Part shown: positions 1 to 10,972 of the stretch, piece by piece | Layout: each line of letters begins with the position of its first letter | Position numbering within the stretch: the first letter of the stretch is position 1 | Assembly (NCBI GenBank): GCA_024236495.1 | Contig: JACKKJ010000004.1 | Span: forward strand, 201,783 to 265,782 | Direction: 5' to 3' | DNA: 64,000 nucleotides | Origin: Paracoccaceae bacterium | Lineage (GTDB): Bacteria > Pseudomonadota > Alphaproteobacteria > Rhodobacterales > Rhodobacteraceae | Program-made: the position numbers and the translations under genes | The notes under the pieces: model-generated | The model's database searches: none | What the model saw: only the letters and a program-made list of their open reading frames with translations | Told to the model about the DNA's origin: nothing

Positions 1-1257
1 CATCTTGGCTTCAGCAGGGCGCAGATCGAGGCCGCGAACGACCATGTCTGCGGAACGATGACGCTGGAAGGCGCGCCGCATCTGAAGACCGAACACTACC
101 ACGTCTTCGACTGCGCCAACGCCTGCGGCAAGAAGGGCAAGCGGTTCCTGTCGGTCAACAGCCACATCACCATGATGGCGGCGGCGCAAAGCTTTATCTC
201 CGGCGCCATCTCCAAGACGATCAACATGCCGAACTCGGCCACGATCGAGGATGTGCTGGCCGCCTATGAACTGAGCTGGAGCCTCGGCATCAAGGCCAAC
301 GCGATCTATCGCGACGGGTCGAAGCTGAGCCAGCCGCTCGCGTCCGCGCTCGTCGAGGACGACGAGGAGGCCGAGGAGATCCTGGCCGCCGGGTCGGCGC
401 AGGAAAAGGCCGCCATGCTGGCCGAGAAGATCGTCGAGAAGGTGGTGGTCAAGGAAATCGTCCGCCGTCACCGCGAAAAGCTGCCCGAACGGCGCAAGGG
501 CTATACCCAGAAGGCCATCGTCGGCGGTCACAAGGTCTATCTCAGGACCGGCGAGTATTCCGACGGCGCGCTGGGCGAGATCTTCATCGACATGCACAAG
601 GAAGGGGCGGGCTTCCGGGCGATGATGAACAACTTCGCCATCGCGGTGTCCGTGGGCCTGCAATACGGCGTGCCGCTGGAGGAATTCGTCGATGCCTTCA
701 CCTTCACCAAGTTCGAACCGGCGGGCATGGTGCAGGGCAACGACAGCATCAAGAACGCCACGTCCATCCTTGACTACATCTTCCGGGAACTGGCGGTCAG
801 CTACCTTGACCGCACCGACCTGGCGCATGTGAAACCGCAGGGCGCGACCTTTGACGACCTCGGCGGCGGCAACGACGAGGGCAAGGTCAACCTGACCGAG
901 GTCAGCGAAACGGCGGCGTCGAAGTCGGTGGAACTGCTCAAGTCCATCTCCTCGACCGGGTATCTGAGGAAGCGTCTGCCGCAGGAGCTGGTCGTGCTTC
1001 AGGGCGGCGCGGGCGGTACCGCGCTGGCCGGCGACCCGATCGCCGCGCTTGCAACACTGGTTCCCGCCACCGCCGCCGCCGCGACGGCTGCGTCGACGGC
1101 GATCAGCACCGGGACCGTCACGATGGACGCGCGCACCAAGGCCCGGATGCAGGGCTACGAGGGCGACCCCTGCGGCGAATGCGGCAACTACACGCTGGTT
1201 CGCAACGGCACCTGCATGAAGTGCAACACCTGCGGCGGAACGTCGGGGTGCAGCTGA
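1..1257 (+). CDS. nrdJ: Class II (adenosylcobalamin-dependent) ribonucleotide reductase, C-terminal part (5' truncated by window)
   Basis: [10 protein letters not shown] and YRDGSK motifs, TSCPD-like domain ([12 protein letters not shown]...VYLRTGEY), C-terminal Zn ribbon CGECGN...[12 protein letters not shown]. Confidence 0.95.
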   Translation, partial: HLGFSRAQIEAANDHVCGTMTLEGAPHLKTEHYHVFDCANACGKKGKRFLSVNSHITMMAAAQSFISGAISKTINMPNSATIEDVLAAYELSWSLGIKANAIYRDGSKLSQPLASALVEDDEEAEEILAAGSAQEKAAMLAEKIVEKVVVKEIVRRHREKLPERRKGYTQKAIVGGHKVYLRTGEYSDGALGEIFIDMHKEGAGFRAMMNNFAIAVSVGLQYGVPLEEFVDAFTFTKFEPAGMVQGNDSIKNATSILDYIFRELAVSYLDRTDLAHVKPQGATFDDLGGGNDEGKVNLTEVSETAASKSVELLKSISSTGYLRKRLPQELVVLQGGAGGTALAGDPIAALATLVPATAAAATAASTAISTGTVTMDARTKARMQGYEGDPCGECGNYTLVRNGTCMKCNTCGGTSGCS

Positions 1258-1380
1258 GCAAGGAATACCGGTCACTCCGGTGACCAGTTCCGGGGCGGGT
1301 GCGCTCGCCCCCGACGACGTTCAGGCCGCAGGCGAGAACACCGAGCGGTACGAAGGATGAGCCTGAACGGCGAGACTGCG

Positions 1381-1411
1381 AAAGGGGCGGGGCGACCCGC
1401 CCCCTTTTTTT
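1381..1411 (+). terminator. Intrinsic terminator downstream of nrdJ
   Basis: GGGGCGGG-GCGA-CCCGCCCC stem followed by a T run. Confidence 0.85.
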
Positions 1412-1583
1412 GCCCGCCCCCCCTTTTTCCGGCGCGCTCTGGCGTTCCCCGGGTCCGTTATCCGGTTTCCGGCGCGCTGTTATTGCCTAACAGCCGCGCT
1501 TCGACCATCTTTCCGGTCAAAGGCGCGGTCTGGCGTCCGGGTGATCCGGGTCGGTGCGGCGCCGCAGATCAAGGAGATTGCCG

Positions 1584-1817
1584 ATGACCCTTCGTACCCT
1601 TGCCCTTTCGCTGGCCCTTGGCCTTGCCGGAGCCGCCGCCCAGGCGCAGGTCACCGTGAGCGATACCGACGGCAACGGAACCTTCTCGATCGAGGAGATG
1701 ACGGCGGCCTATCCCGACATGACGGCGCAGCTCTTTTCCGAGATCGACGTGGACGGTTCGGGCGAGATCGATGCCGACGAACTGCAGGCAGCCCGCGAAA
1801 ACGGTGTGATCGGCTAG
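1584..1817 (+). CDS. Small secreted EF-hand protein (paralog 1)
   Basis: AAGGAG RBS, signal peptide (AQA-Q), two EF-hand loops DTDGNGTFSIEE and DVDGSGEIDADE. Confidence 0.85.
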   Translation: MTLRTLALSLALGLAGAAAQAQVTVSDTDGNGTFSIEEMTAAYPDMTAQLFSEIDVDGSGEIDADELQAARENGVIG

Positions 1818-1988
1818 GAACCGCCGGTTCTTCGGACGGCTCCGCCGACGGAATCAGCAAAGCCCTGCCGAGGCCGGGGGGCGCCGCATCGCGCCCTATT
1901 GCCGGAAGACCGGCGAAGGCGCAGGTAGCGGGAAGTGGCGATCAAGCCACTGATTCCAGGGCAGATGCCCCAATCCGGAGACAGGAAA

Positions 1989-2222
1989 ATGAAAAAGTTC
2001 GTTCTGGCACTCGGCGCCATGGCCGCTGTCGCCTCTGCCGCCAACGCCCAGACGGTGGTGACCGATACGGACGGCAATGGCACCTACTCGATCGAGGAGA
2101 TGACCGCCGCCTATCCCGACATGACGCCCGAGCTTTTCGCGGAAATCGATGCGAACGCCGACGGCGCGGTTGACGCCGACGAACTCGCCGCCGCGCAGGA
2201 AGCGGGCAAGGTCGCGGCCTGA
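1989..2222 (+). CDS. Small secreted EF-hand protein (paralog 2)
   Basis: MKK signal peptide (ANA-Q), loops DTDGNGTYSIEE and DANADGAVDADE; core nearly identical to paralog 1. Confidence 0.88.
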   Translation: MKKFVLALGAMAAVASAANAQTVVTDTDGNGTYSIEEMTAAYPDMTPELFAEIDANADGAVDADELAAAQEAGKVAA

Positions 2223-2250
2223 TCCGGCCCGGCGATCCGACGCAATGAGG

Positions 2251-2288
2251 AGGCCCCGGGGCGCGCAAGCCCCGGGGCCTTTGGTTTT
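2251..2288. terminator. Terminator hairpin between convergent EF-hand gene and ilvN
   Basis: 12-bp stem AGGCCCCGGGGC/GCCCCGGGGCCT followed by a T-rich tail. Confidence 0.75.
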
Positions 2289-2319
2289 CAGCCCTTTGGT
2301 CTTGCGGGCAGGACGGGGA

Positions 2320-2880
2320 TCAGGCGCCGCGGGCCAGCGCGGCGACCCCGGTGCGTGCCACGTCGGCAAGGCCAAGGGGCCGCATCAGATCGGCGAAGGC
2401 GTCGATCTTTTCGGGCGTGCCGGTGATTTCGAAGACGAAGCTTTCCAGCGTGCTGTCGACCACGTTGGCGCGGAAGATCTCGGCCAGGCGGAGCGCCTCG
2501 ATCCGTTTCTCGCCGGTGCCGACGACCTTGAAAAGCGCCAGTTCCCGTTCGACCGCCGGCCCTTCGACCGTCAGGTCATGAACCTCGTGGACCGGGACAA
2601 GACGGCCAAGCTGCGCCTTGATCTGTTCGATCACCGCGGGCGTGCCGCGCGTGACGACGGTGATCCGCGACCGGTGGCCCTTGTGATCGACCTCGGCGAC
2701 GGTCAGGCTGTCGATGTTGTAGCCGCGCCCCGAGAACAGCCCGATCACCCGCGCAAGAACCCCCGCCTCGTTGTCGACCAGGACCGCGAGGGTGTGGCTT
2801 TCGATCACCTCGGCGTTGGGGTCGCGCAGGTCGTAGGCGGAGTGGCTCGTCGAGCCTTTCTTGATCTTCAGGGCAGACAT
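2320..2880 (-). CDS. ilvN: Acetolactate synthase small (regulatory) subunit
   Basis: ACT domain VLVDNEAGVLARVIGLFSGRGYNIDSLTV; C-terminal ARTGVAALARG. Confidence 0.95.
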   Translation of the reverse strand: MSALKIKKGSTSHSAYDLRDPNAEVIESHTLAVLVDNEAGVLARVIGLFSGRGYNIDSLTVAEVDHKGHRSRITVVTRGTPAVIEQIKAQLGRLVPVHEVHDLTVEGPAVERELALFKVVGTGEKRIEALRLAEIFRANVVDSTLESFVFEITGTPEKIDAFADLMRPLGLADVARTGVAALARGA

Positions 2881-3154
2881 GTCCGGTTCCTTGCCTTCGG
2901 GCGGGATCTTGGGTTGCGTCAATTCGGCTGGGTCGTTTGTGCACAGCGGACGATGGGCTTGCAACACGCGAAATGTGGAAAGCCCCAGAAAAATGCCCTC
3001 CTCCACTCCAAAGGGTGTTGGACATCGCCGGATCGCGGGTGTCATAAGACCGTCACGAAAGTGTTCCGGCGGCACCGTTCGCCAGCCGGAAAAGTGGCCG
3101 CCCCGGATGCCAGCGCCCTGTGCAATGGCAGCCGTCGCGGAAGTGGGGGGTGCG

Positions 3155-4120
3155 ATGCGATACCGGGTCTGGACTGTTCTTGCCGCCGTCGGGCTTCTGG
3201 CGCTTGCCTATCTCTGCCGGGCGGAGATCTTTCTTGCGATCGGGCTTCTGGACGACTCGCTGACCTCCGACAATCCGCTGACCCGTCATACCGCGCAGCT
3301 TGAGATCCGGGCCGCGCAGGGGCTTTTGGGCATCGGTGCGGTCCTGATGTTCGCGGTCGGGATCTGGGGCGAACGCATCGCCGCGACAGGCTGGGCGCGC
3401 GCGCTGCGCAGCCTGCCAGACCGCCTGACCCCGGGCGGCGAGGCGTTGCGGCTTCGGCTTTTCGGGCCGTCGCTGGCGATCACGCTGGCCGCGACGGTGG
3501 TCATCACGGCCTATGCGGTCTGGGGCGACCGGTTTCTGTCGTTCGACATGATGGGGAAGATCAATTTCGAGGACGGGCTGATCGAGAACTGTCAGGCGAT
3601 CTTTTTCGCGCTGGCAGGCGTTCTGAGCCTGATCTGGGCGGCGAAGGGACGGCCGAACGGCGGGCGGCGCTTCACCTGGCTTCTCCTCGGGCTTGGCTTC
3701 ATCTTCCTCACCGGAGAGGAGATCAGCTGGGGGCAACGGATCTTCGGTTTCGCGACGCCTGAGGCGATCGAGGTGGTCAACGTCCAGAAGGAATTCAACC
3801 TTCACAACCTGCTGGGCTATCTTTTCGACCACCTTTTCATCCTTGGCTTCTTCCTGTGGGGGGCGGTGCTGCCACTCCTTTATCAATGGGTCGCCGACCT
3901 GCGGCGCATCGTCGTCGCGACGGGGTTTCCCCTGCCCTCGGCGGGGTTGGCGGTGGGGATGGTTCTGGCGAGCCTGATGCAGGAACCGCTGGTCACCCGC
4001 GTCTTCGTCCCGGTCGGCGGCCTGCGCGTGGCCGAGATACGCGAATTCCTTTCGGCGCTGTGTTTCCTGCTTCTCATGTACGAGGTGGGCAAGCTGCATC
4101 ACGTCGGCCGCGCCGAATGA
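3155..4120 (+). CDS. Uncharacterised multi-pass membrane protein (EDG..E / EEISWGQR / NxQxEFNLHN motifs)
   Basis: About 7 hydrophobic segments and conserved-looking polar motifs; start chosen at ATG 3155. Confidence 0.75.
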   Translation: MRYRVWTVLAAVGLLALAYLCRAEIFLAIGLLDDSLTSDNPLTRHTAQLEIRAAQGLLGIGAVLMFAVGIWGERIAATGWARALRSLPDRLTPGGEALRLRLFGPSLAITLAATVVITAYAVWGDRFLSFDMMGKINFEDGLIENCQAIFFALAGVLSLIWAAKGRPNGGRRFTWLLLGLGFIFLTGEEISWGQRIFGFATPEAIEVVNVQKEFNLHNLLGYLFDHLFILGFFLWGAVLPLLYQWVADLRRIVVATGFPLPSAGLAVGMVLASLMQEPLVTRVFVPVGGLRVAEIREFLSALCFLLLMYEVGKLHHVGRAE

Positions 4121-4122
4121 CA

Positions 4123-4147
4123 AAGGGCACCCGCGCGGGGTGCCCTT
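4123..4147. terminator. Hairpin between convergent membrane gene and ilvB
   Basis: AAGGGCACCC-N5-GGGTGCCCTT. Confidence 0.7.
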
Positions 4148-4174
4148 CGGTTTCGTCGCGGTTGCGGGGGGTCT

Positions 4175-5929
4175 TCAGACCAGGACCGCACCGCCCGCCT
4201 GGATCGCCCCTTCGGTCGAGGCGTCGCCCAGTAGCATCTCGTTGTGCGGCTTGCCCGACGGGATCATCGGGAAGCAGTTTTCATGCTTCTCCACCAGCAC
4301 GTCGAGGATGAAGGGCCCGTCATACTCGATCATCGCCATGATCGCGTCGTCGAGGTCCCTGGGGCTGTCCACCTTGGCGCCCGCGCAGCCGAAGGCCTCG
4401 GCCAGCTTGACGAAGTCAGGCAGGCTTTCGGACCAGGAATGAGAATAACGTTCGCCGTGCAGAAGCTGCTGCCACTGGCGCACCATGCCAAGGCGTTCGT
4501 TGTTCAGGATGAACTGCTTGACCGGGGCGCGGAACTGAACGGCGGTGCCCATTTCCTGCATGTTCATCAGCCATGACGCCTCGCCGGCGACGTTGATGAC
4601 CAGGGCGTCGGGATGGGCCACCTGAACCCCGATCGAGGCCGGCAGGCCATAGCCCATGGTGCCGAGGCCCCCGGAGGTCATCCAGCGGTTCGGCGCGTCG
4701 AAGCCCAGGTATTGCGCGGCCCACATCTGGTGCTGACCCACCTCGGTCGTGACATAGCGGTCGCGACCCCGGGTCAGCGCCTCAAGGCGCTCCAGCGCGT
4801 ACTGCGGCTTGATCGTCTTTTCCGAGCCCTTGTAGGACAGGCACTTCTTCAGCTTCCACTGGTCGATCTGGCCCCACCACTTCGCGAGGCCATCCTTGTT
4901 CACCTTGCGCCCGCGGGATTTCCAGACCTTCAGCAGGTCTTCAAGGACATGGCCCACGTCGCCAACGATGCCGATATCGACATGGATGACCTTGTTGATC
5001 GACGAGGGGTCGATATCGACATGCGCCTTCTTCGAACGCGGGCTGAAATCGGCGATGCGGCCGGTGATCCGGTCGTCGAAACGTGCGCCCAGATTGATCA
5101 TCAGGTCGCAGCCGTGCATGGCAAGGTTGGCCTCGTAAAGGCCATGCATCCCGAGCATGCCGATCCAGTTCTTTCCGCTGGCCGGGTAGGCGCCAAGCCC
5201 CATCAGGGTCGAGGTGACCGGAAAGCCCGTCGCATCGGCCAGTTCGCGCAGAAGCTGGCTGGCGCCGGGGCCGGAGTTGATGACGCCGCCGCCGGTATAG
5301 AGGATCGGGCGCTCCGCCTTTTCCATCAGTTCGACGAGTTCGGTGATCAGCCCCAGGTCGCCCTTGACCTTCGGCTGGTAGTGCACCGTCCGCGCCGCCT
5401 TGGGCGCCGTGTAGGTGCCGGTCGCGAACTGCACGTCCTTCGGAATGTCGATCAGGACCGGGCCGGGGCGGCCCTGGGTCGCGACATGGAAGGCCTGGTG
5501 GATCGTTTCGGCCAGCCTGTCGGTATCCTTCACAAGCCAGTTGTGCTTGGTGCAGGGGCGGGTGATGCCCACCGTGTCGGCCTCCTGGAAGCCGTCGGTG
5601 CCGATCATGAAGGTAGGCACCTGGCCGGTCAGGACCACGAGCGGGATCGAATCCATCAGCGCGTCGGTCAGGCCGGTCACCGCATTCGTCGCCCCGGGGC
5701 CCGAGGTGACAAGCACCACGCCCGGCTTGCCGGTCGAACGGGCGTAGCCTTCGGCCATGTGGACGGCGCCCTGTTCATGGCGGACCAGGATGTGGCGGAT
5801 GTCGTTTTGCTGGAAGATCTCGTCATAGATCGGAAGCACCGCGCCCCCGGGATATCCGAAGACCGTATCGACCCCCTGATCCTTCAGCGCCTGAACCACC
5901 ATCCGCGCGCCGGTCATCTGCCCTGACAT
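4175..5929 (-). CDS. ilvB: Acetolactate synthase large subunit (AHAS III type)
   Basis: [40 protein letters not shown] motifs. Confidence 0.96.
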   Translation of the reverse strand: MSGQMTGARMVVQALKDQGVDTVFGYPGGAVLPIYDEIFQQNDIRHILVRHEQGAVHMAEGYARSTGKPGVVLVTSGPGATNAVTGLTDALMDSIPLVVLTGQVPTFMIGTDGFQEADTVGITRPCTKHNWLVKDTDRLAETIHQAFHVATQGRPGPVLIDIPKDVQFATGTYTAPKAARTVHYQPKVKGDLGLITELVELMEKAERPILYTGGGVINSGPGASQLLRELADATGFPVTSTLMGLGAYPASGKNWIGMLGMHGLYEANLAMHGCDLMINLGARFDDRITGRIADFSPRSKKAHVDIDPSSINKVIHVDIGIVGDVGHVLEDLLKVWKSRGRKVNKDGLAKWWGQIDQWKLKKCLSYKGSEKTIKPQYALERLEALTRGRDRYVTTEVGQHQMWAAQYLGFDAPNRWMTSGGLGTMGYGLPASIGVQVAHPDALVINVAGEASWLMNMQEMGTAVQFRAPVKQFILNNERLGMVRQWQQLLHGERYSHSWSESLPDFVKLAEAFGCAGAKVDSPRDLDDAIMAMIEYDGPFILDVLVEKHENCFPMIPSGKPHNEMLLGDASTEGAIQAGGAVLV

Positions 5930-5961
5930 CTCTCGTCACTCCGTGCATCGTGTCTTGCAAC

Positions 5962-5990
5962 AAAAAGCCCCGGGCTTTTCCGACCGGGGC
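5962..5990 (-). terminator. Attenuator terminator of the ilvB leader
   Basis: Minus strand GCCCCGG..N..CCGGGGC followed by TTTTTG; 5' arm overlaps antiterminator arm CCCATGCGC. Confidence 0.85.
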
Positions 5991-6015
5991 GCATGGGAAC
6001 CATTCTGGTCAACCG

Positions 6016-6063
6016 TCACCGGCCCATGCGCTTCTTCCCTACAAGTACCAGGATCGCGTCCAT
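6016..6063 (-). CDS. ilv attenuator leader peptide MDAILVLVGKKRMGR (not in ORF track)
   Basis: 15-codon ORF with an Ile-Leu-Val-Leu-Val run using rare GTA/CTT codons; GCGCATGGG pairs with downstream CCCATGCGC. Confidence 0.85.
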   Translation of the reverse strand: MDAILVLVGKKRMGR

Positions 6064-6096
6064 CGCTACCAAAGGCCCTTTGCTGCTGTGCGGCGG

Positions 6097-6125
6097 ACAT
6101 TAGGCAGGGTTGATTGCAGCGTCAA
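6097..6125 (-). promoter_or_regulatory. Sigma70 promoter of ilv leader
   Basis: TTGACG-N17-TAATGT on the minus strand, ~35 nt upstream of the leader ATG. Confidence 0.7.
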
Positions 6126-6223
6126 CCGCCAAAATCGGGAATAAAGTGTCGCATGGCGATGAAAGGTCGCAGTTTTCTTTCGTTTTGCCGCCCGGATGGC
6201 GCAAGAAAGCGAATCTGCCCGGG

Positions 6224-7144
6224 CTAGCCGAGCCCAAGCAGTGCCAGATAGCCGCCGTAGCTGGCCAGAAGCCCGCCACCGGCGATGCGGCCGACGCGGC
6301 CGGGCAGGGCGGCCAGTGCCAGGAAGGCGAGGGCGGCGGTAAGCGCCAGCCCCACGTCGAAGGCGGAAAAACGGGGATCGACCGGCACCGGCGTGACCGT
6401 GGCGGTGACGCCGAGGATCCCGAGGATGTTGAAGATGTTCGACCCCAGGATATTGCCGATCGCCAGTTCGGGATGCTTGCGCATGGCCGCCATGATCGAG
6501 GCGACAAGTTCGGGAAGGGACGTACCCACGGCCACGATGGTCAGGCCGATCACCGCCTCGGACACACCAAGCATCCGGGCGATTTCGGATGCGCTGAACA
6601 CCATTGCCTTCGCGCCGCCCATCAAGACGACAAGCCCCCCCAGCGCCATGATCGCCGATTGCCAAAGGGGGCGGCATGCTACGGGGTTTTCCGGGATCTC
6701 GCGTGCGCCCTTGAGCGAGAGCCACAGATAGGCAGCCAGCCCCGCCAGAAGCAGCATGCCCTCGGGCCGCGCGACGACACCCCCGCCCAGCATCAGCCAA
6801 AGAACGATCGTCGCGCCGATCATCACCATGAATTCGCGACGCAGACGCGGGAAGTCCAGTTGCATCGGAACGATCAGGGACGACAGCCCCAGGATCAGCA
6901 GGATATTCGCGATGTTCGATCCGACCACGTTGCCAAGCGCCAGGGCCGGCGAGCCGCTCAGCGCCGCCTCGAGCGAGACAAGAAGTTCCGGCGTAGATGT
7001 CCCGAAGCCAAGGATCGTCAGGCCGATGACCAGTGGTGGCACATGAAAGCGCTGCGCAAGGCCGACCGCGCCGCGGATCAGCAGTTCGCCACCGATCAAA
7101 AGCCCCGCAAGGCCCGCGAAGAACAGGATAAAGGTCAAGATCAA
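6224..7144 (-). CDS. Ca2+/Na+ antiporter (CaCA, YrbG family); start uncertain (TTG 7144 or 7138)
   Basis: Duplicated alpha motifs GTSTPEL..GNVVGSNIAN and GTSLPEL..GNILGSNIFN. Confidence 0.9.
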   Translation of the reverse strand: MILTFILFFAGLAGLLIGGELLIRGAVGLAQRFHVPPLVIGLTILGFGTSTPELLVSLEAALSGSPALALGNVVGSNIANILLILGLSSLIVPMQLDFPRLRREFMVMIGATIVLWLMLGGGVVARPEGMLLLAGLAAYLWLSLKGAREIPENPVACRPLWQSAIMALGGLVVLMGGAKAMVFSASEIARMLGVSEAVIGLTIVAVGTSLPELVASIMAAMRKHPELAIGNILGSNIFNILGILGVTATVTPVPVDPRFSAFDVGLALTAALAFLALAALPGRVGRIAGGGLLASYGGYLALLGLG

Positions 7145-7291
7145 CTCCCTCGTCACTGTGCAAGAGATTGGCGCGCGATCGGGCTTTGCAAGCCTTCGCG
7201 GCAAAATTCCGGTTCCGGTGCCCGGCTTCCCCCGGGGTTCGGCTTGACCCGGCGTCAACACGACGCAGGACCACATCGCGCGCTTGATTGA

Positions 7292-8470
<1,179 letters not shown>

Positions 8471-8489
8471 GAACGCGACACCAGAACGG

Positions 8490-8523
8490 AAAGGCCCCGG
8501 AAACGTCCGGGGCCTTTTTCTTT
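8490..8523. terminator. Bidirectional terminator between dctP and dctM
   Basis: AAAGGCCCCGGA-AACG-TCCGGGGCCTTTTT. Confidence 0.85.
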
Positions 8524-8545
8524 GCGGGTCTGCAGCGCGCCGGCG

Positions 8546-10318
8546 TCAGGGATTGACGACCGGCGCCCCCAGTTTGGGCGCGCCGAGGGTCGGCAGCCCG
8601 CCCGATGCGCCGCCCGACGCGCCGCCCAGGTCCGGGGCGCCCAGCTTGGGCGCGCCGAGGGTCGGCAACCCGCCCAGCGATCCCCCCGCCGCGCCGCCGC
8701 CAAGGGTTTGCAGCGTGGGCACGGTGATCTGGATGGTCGAAGGGTCGATGACCTTGCCCTTGTAGTGCATGACCATGCCGGGAAAGGCGATCACCACCGC
8801 GATCATGATGACCTGGATCACCACGAAGGGAACCGAGCCCCAGTAGATCTGGCCGGTGCTCACGCCCGCGACCTGCTGGCCCGTCACCTTGTCCTTGTAA
8901 GCCCCGCGCGGCGCGACCGAGCGCAGGTAGAAAAGCGCGAAGCCGAAGGGCGGGTGCATGAACGAGGTCTGCATGTTCACGCCAAGGATCACCCCGAACC
9001 AGATCAGGTCGATGCCCAGCTGTTCGGCGGCGGGCGCCAGGAGCGGCACGATGATGAAGGCCAGTTCGAAGAAATCAAGGAAGAAGGCCAGCAGGAAGAC
9101 CATGATCGACACGATGATCAGGAAGCCCATCTGCCCGCCCGGAAGCCCGGTCAGCAGGTGTTCGACCCAGACATGCCCGTTCACCCCGTAGAAGGTCAGC
9201 GAGAAGACCCGCGCGCCCACAAGGATGAACATGACGAAGGAGGCAAGCCGCGTGGTGGCGATCAGCGCCTGCTGCACCACGCTCAGGCTTAGCCGCCGCT
9301 TCGACGCCGCCAGCACCAATGCGCCGACCGCGCCCATGGCGCCGCCTTCGGTGGGCGTGGCGACGCCCAGGAAGATGGTGCCCAGCACCAGGAAGATCAG
9401 CGCGAGCGGCGGGATCAGCACCATGATGACCTGGCCGGCCAGCCGGCTCAGCACGCCAAGGCCAAGCGCGCGGTCCAGAAGGGCCACGGCATAGATGACC
9501 GCGACCGCGAAGGCCGCGCCAAGGATGTCGGCATTGGCCCCGTGCGTCGGCGCCAGCCAGACATGCGCGCCGTATCCGATCCCCGCGCAGGCGATCAGCG
9601 CCACGATCAGCGAGGGCACGCCCTGGCCAAGCGTCCGCGCCTCCTTCGGCAGGGCGGGCACCCATTGCGGGCGCACCAGAGAGACAAGGAAGACATAGCC
9701 AAGGTAAAGCCCGGTCAGCACCAGCCCCGGCACCAGCGCGCCCTTGTACATGTCGCCGACCGACCGGCCCAGCTGGTCGGCCAGCACGATCAGGACAAGC
9801 GAGGGCGGGATGATCTGCGCCAGCGTCCCCGAGGCCGCGATGACACCCGTCGCCACCCGGCGGTCGTAGCCGTAGCGCAGCATGATCGGCAGCGAGATCA
9901 GCCCCATCGCGATCACCGAGGCGGCGACGACCCCGGTCGTGGCCGCCAGAAGCGCGCCGACGATGATGACCGCATAGGCAAGGCCGCCACGCACCGGGCC
10001 GAAGAGCTGGCCCACGGTGTCCAGAAGATCCTCGGCCATGCCGGATTTTTCCAGCACGATCCCCATGAAGGTGAAGAACGGAATGGCCAGGAGCGTCTCG
10101 TTCGACAGCACCCCCCACAAGCGTTGCGGCATGGTGAAGAGAAGCGGCCAGTCAAGCGTGATCGTGCCCGAGGACCAGGGCGCCATCCAGACGCCGATGG
10201 CGAAGAAGACAAGCCCGTTGGCCGCAAGCGAAAACGCGACCGGGTAGCCCAGCAGGAGGAAGAACACCAGCGAGGCGAACATGATGGGCGCCATGTTGAT
10301 GGCGATGAACTCGATCAT
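8546..10318 (-). CDS. TRAP large permease DctM with Gly/Pro-rich repeated C-terminal tail
   Basis: LLAIPFFTFMG, SGTLAQIIPPS, NMQTSFMHPPFGFALFYL motifs. Confidence 0.92.
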   Translation of the reverse strand: MIEFIAINMAPIMFASLVFFLLLGYPVAFSLAANGLVFFAIGVWMAPWSSGTITLDWPLLFTMPQRLWGVLSNETLLAIPFFTFMGIVLEKSGMAEDLLDTVGQLFGPVRGGLAYAVIIVGALLAATTGVVAASVIAMGLISLPIMLRYGYDRRVATGVIAASGTLAQIIPPSLVLIVLADQLGRSVGDMYKGALVPGLVLTGLYLGYVFLVSLVRPQWVPALPKEARTLGQGVPSLIVALIACAGIGYGAHVWLAPTHGANADILGAAFAVAVIYAVALLDRALGLGVLSRLAGQVIMVLIPPLALIFLVLGTIFLGVATPTEGGAMGAVGALVLAASKRRLSLSVVQQALIATTRLASFVMFILVGARVFSLTFYGVNGHVWVEHLLTGLPGGQMGFLIIVSIMVFLLAFFLDFFELAFIIVPLLAPAAEQLGIDLIWFGVILGVNMQTSFMHPPFGFALFYLRSVAPRGAYKDKVTGQQVAGVSTGQIYWGSVPFVVIQVIMIAVVIAFPGMVMHYKGKVIDPSTIQITVPTLQTLGGGAAGGSLGGLPTLGAPKLGAPDLGGASGGASGGLPTLGAPKLGAPVVNP

Positions 10319-10920
10319 TCGGGCTTCTCCCCGGTGCGCTTGGTGGCGTCGCCGGCAAGTGCCGCGCCCTCGATCTCGGCCGCCTGATGGTGCGACACGA
10401 ACGGGTGGGGATCCTCGATGATCCCTTTCATCACGGCGATCTTCTTGATGATCTCGGAAACCGCCTGCAGCGAGAGAAGGGCAAAGCCCACCGCCAGGAT
10501 CGCACGGGCCGGCCAGATGATGAGCCCCCCGGCATTGGTGGAAATCTGGCCGATCTTCCAGGCCTGGTAGGCGTAGGGGAAGGTCATCCAGGTCATCAGG
10601 ACGACGAAGGGCGTCAGGAACAGGACGTGGCCGACCAGGTCGATCCAGTGCTGGGCGCGCCGCGACCGGGTGCCATAGAAGATGTCGATGCGGATATGTT
10701 CGTTTTCCTTCAGCGTATAGGCTGCAGCCAGCATGAAGGCCGCGCCGTACAGATACCACTGAAGTTCGAGCCAGGCGTTCGACGAGATGGAAAACACCTT
10801 GCGCACGGTGGCGTTCACCGCGCTCACAAGAATGGCCAGCAGGATCAGCCATATGACCGACTTTCCGATCCATTCGTTGAGCCGGTCGATCCCTCGCGAG
10901 AGGGAAAGGAATGTCTGCAT
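10315..10920 (-). CDS. TRAP small permease DctQ
   Basis: SNAWLELQWYL, EHIRIDIFY; 4 TM segments; ATGA overlap with dctM. Confidence 0.9.
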   Translation of the reverse strand: MQTFLSLSRGIDRLNEWIGKSVIWLILLAILVSAVNATVRKVFSISSNAWLELQWYLYGAAFMLAAAYTLKENEHIRIDIFYGTRSRRAQHWIDLVGHVLFLTPFVVLMTWMTFPYAYQAWKIGQISTNAGGLIIWPARAILAVGFALLSLQAVSEIIKKIAVMKGIIEDPHPFVSHHQAAEIEGAALAGDATKRTGEKPE

Positions 10921-10972
10921 CGCGTCTATCCTCCCCTGGCGTCTTTGACGCCCCTTGCCCAGATTGGGAAAC

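Noticed and set aside
1357-1587. 76-aa ORF after nrdJ with a GAAGGA upstream
   Set aside because: Runs through a strong intrinsic terminator and has low-complexity sequence.
7244-7258. FNR box upstream of dctP
   Set aside because: TTGAC-N5-GTCAA does not match FNR TTGAT-N4-ATCAA; kept only as an unassigned palindrome.
8546-10873. Apparent 775-aa DctQ-DctM fusion
   Set aside because: The N-terminal extension is off-frame over dctQ; real dctM starts at 10318 with an ATGA overlap.
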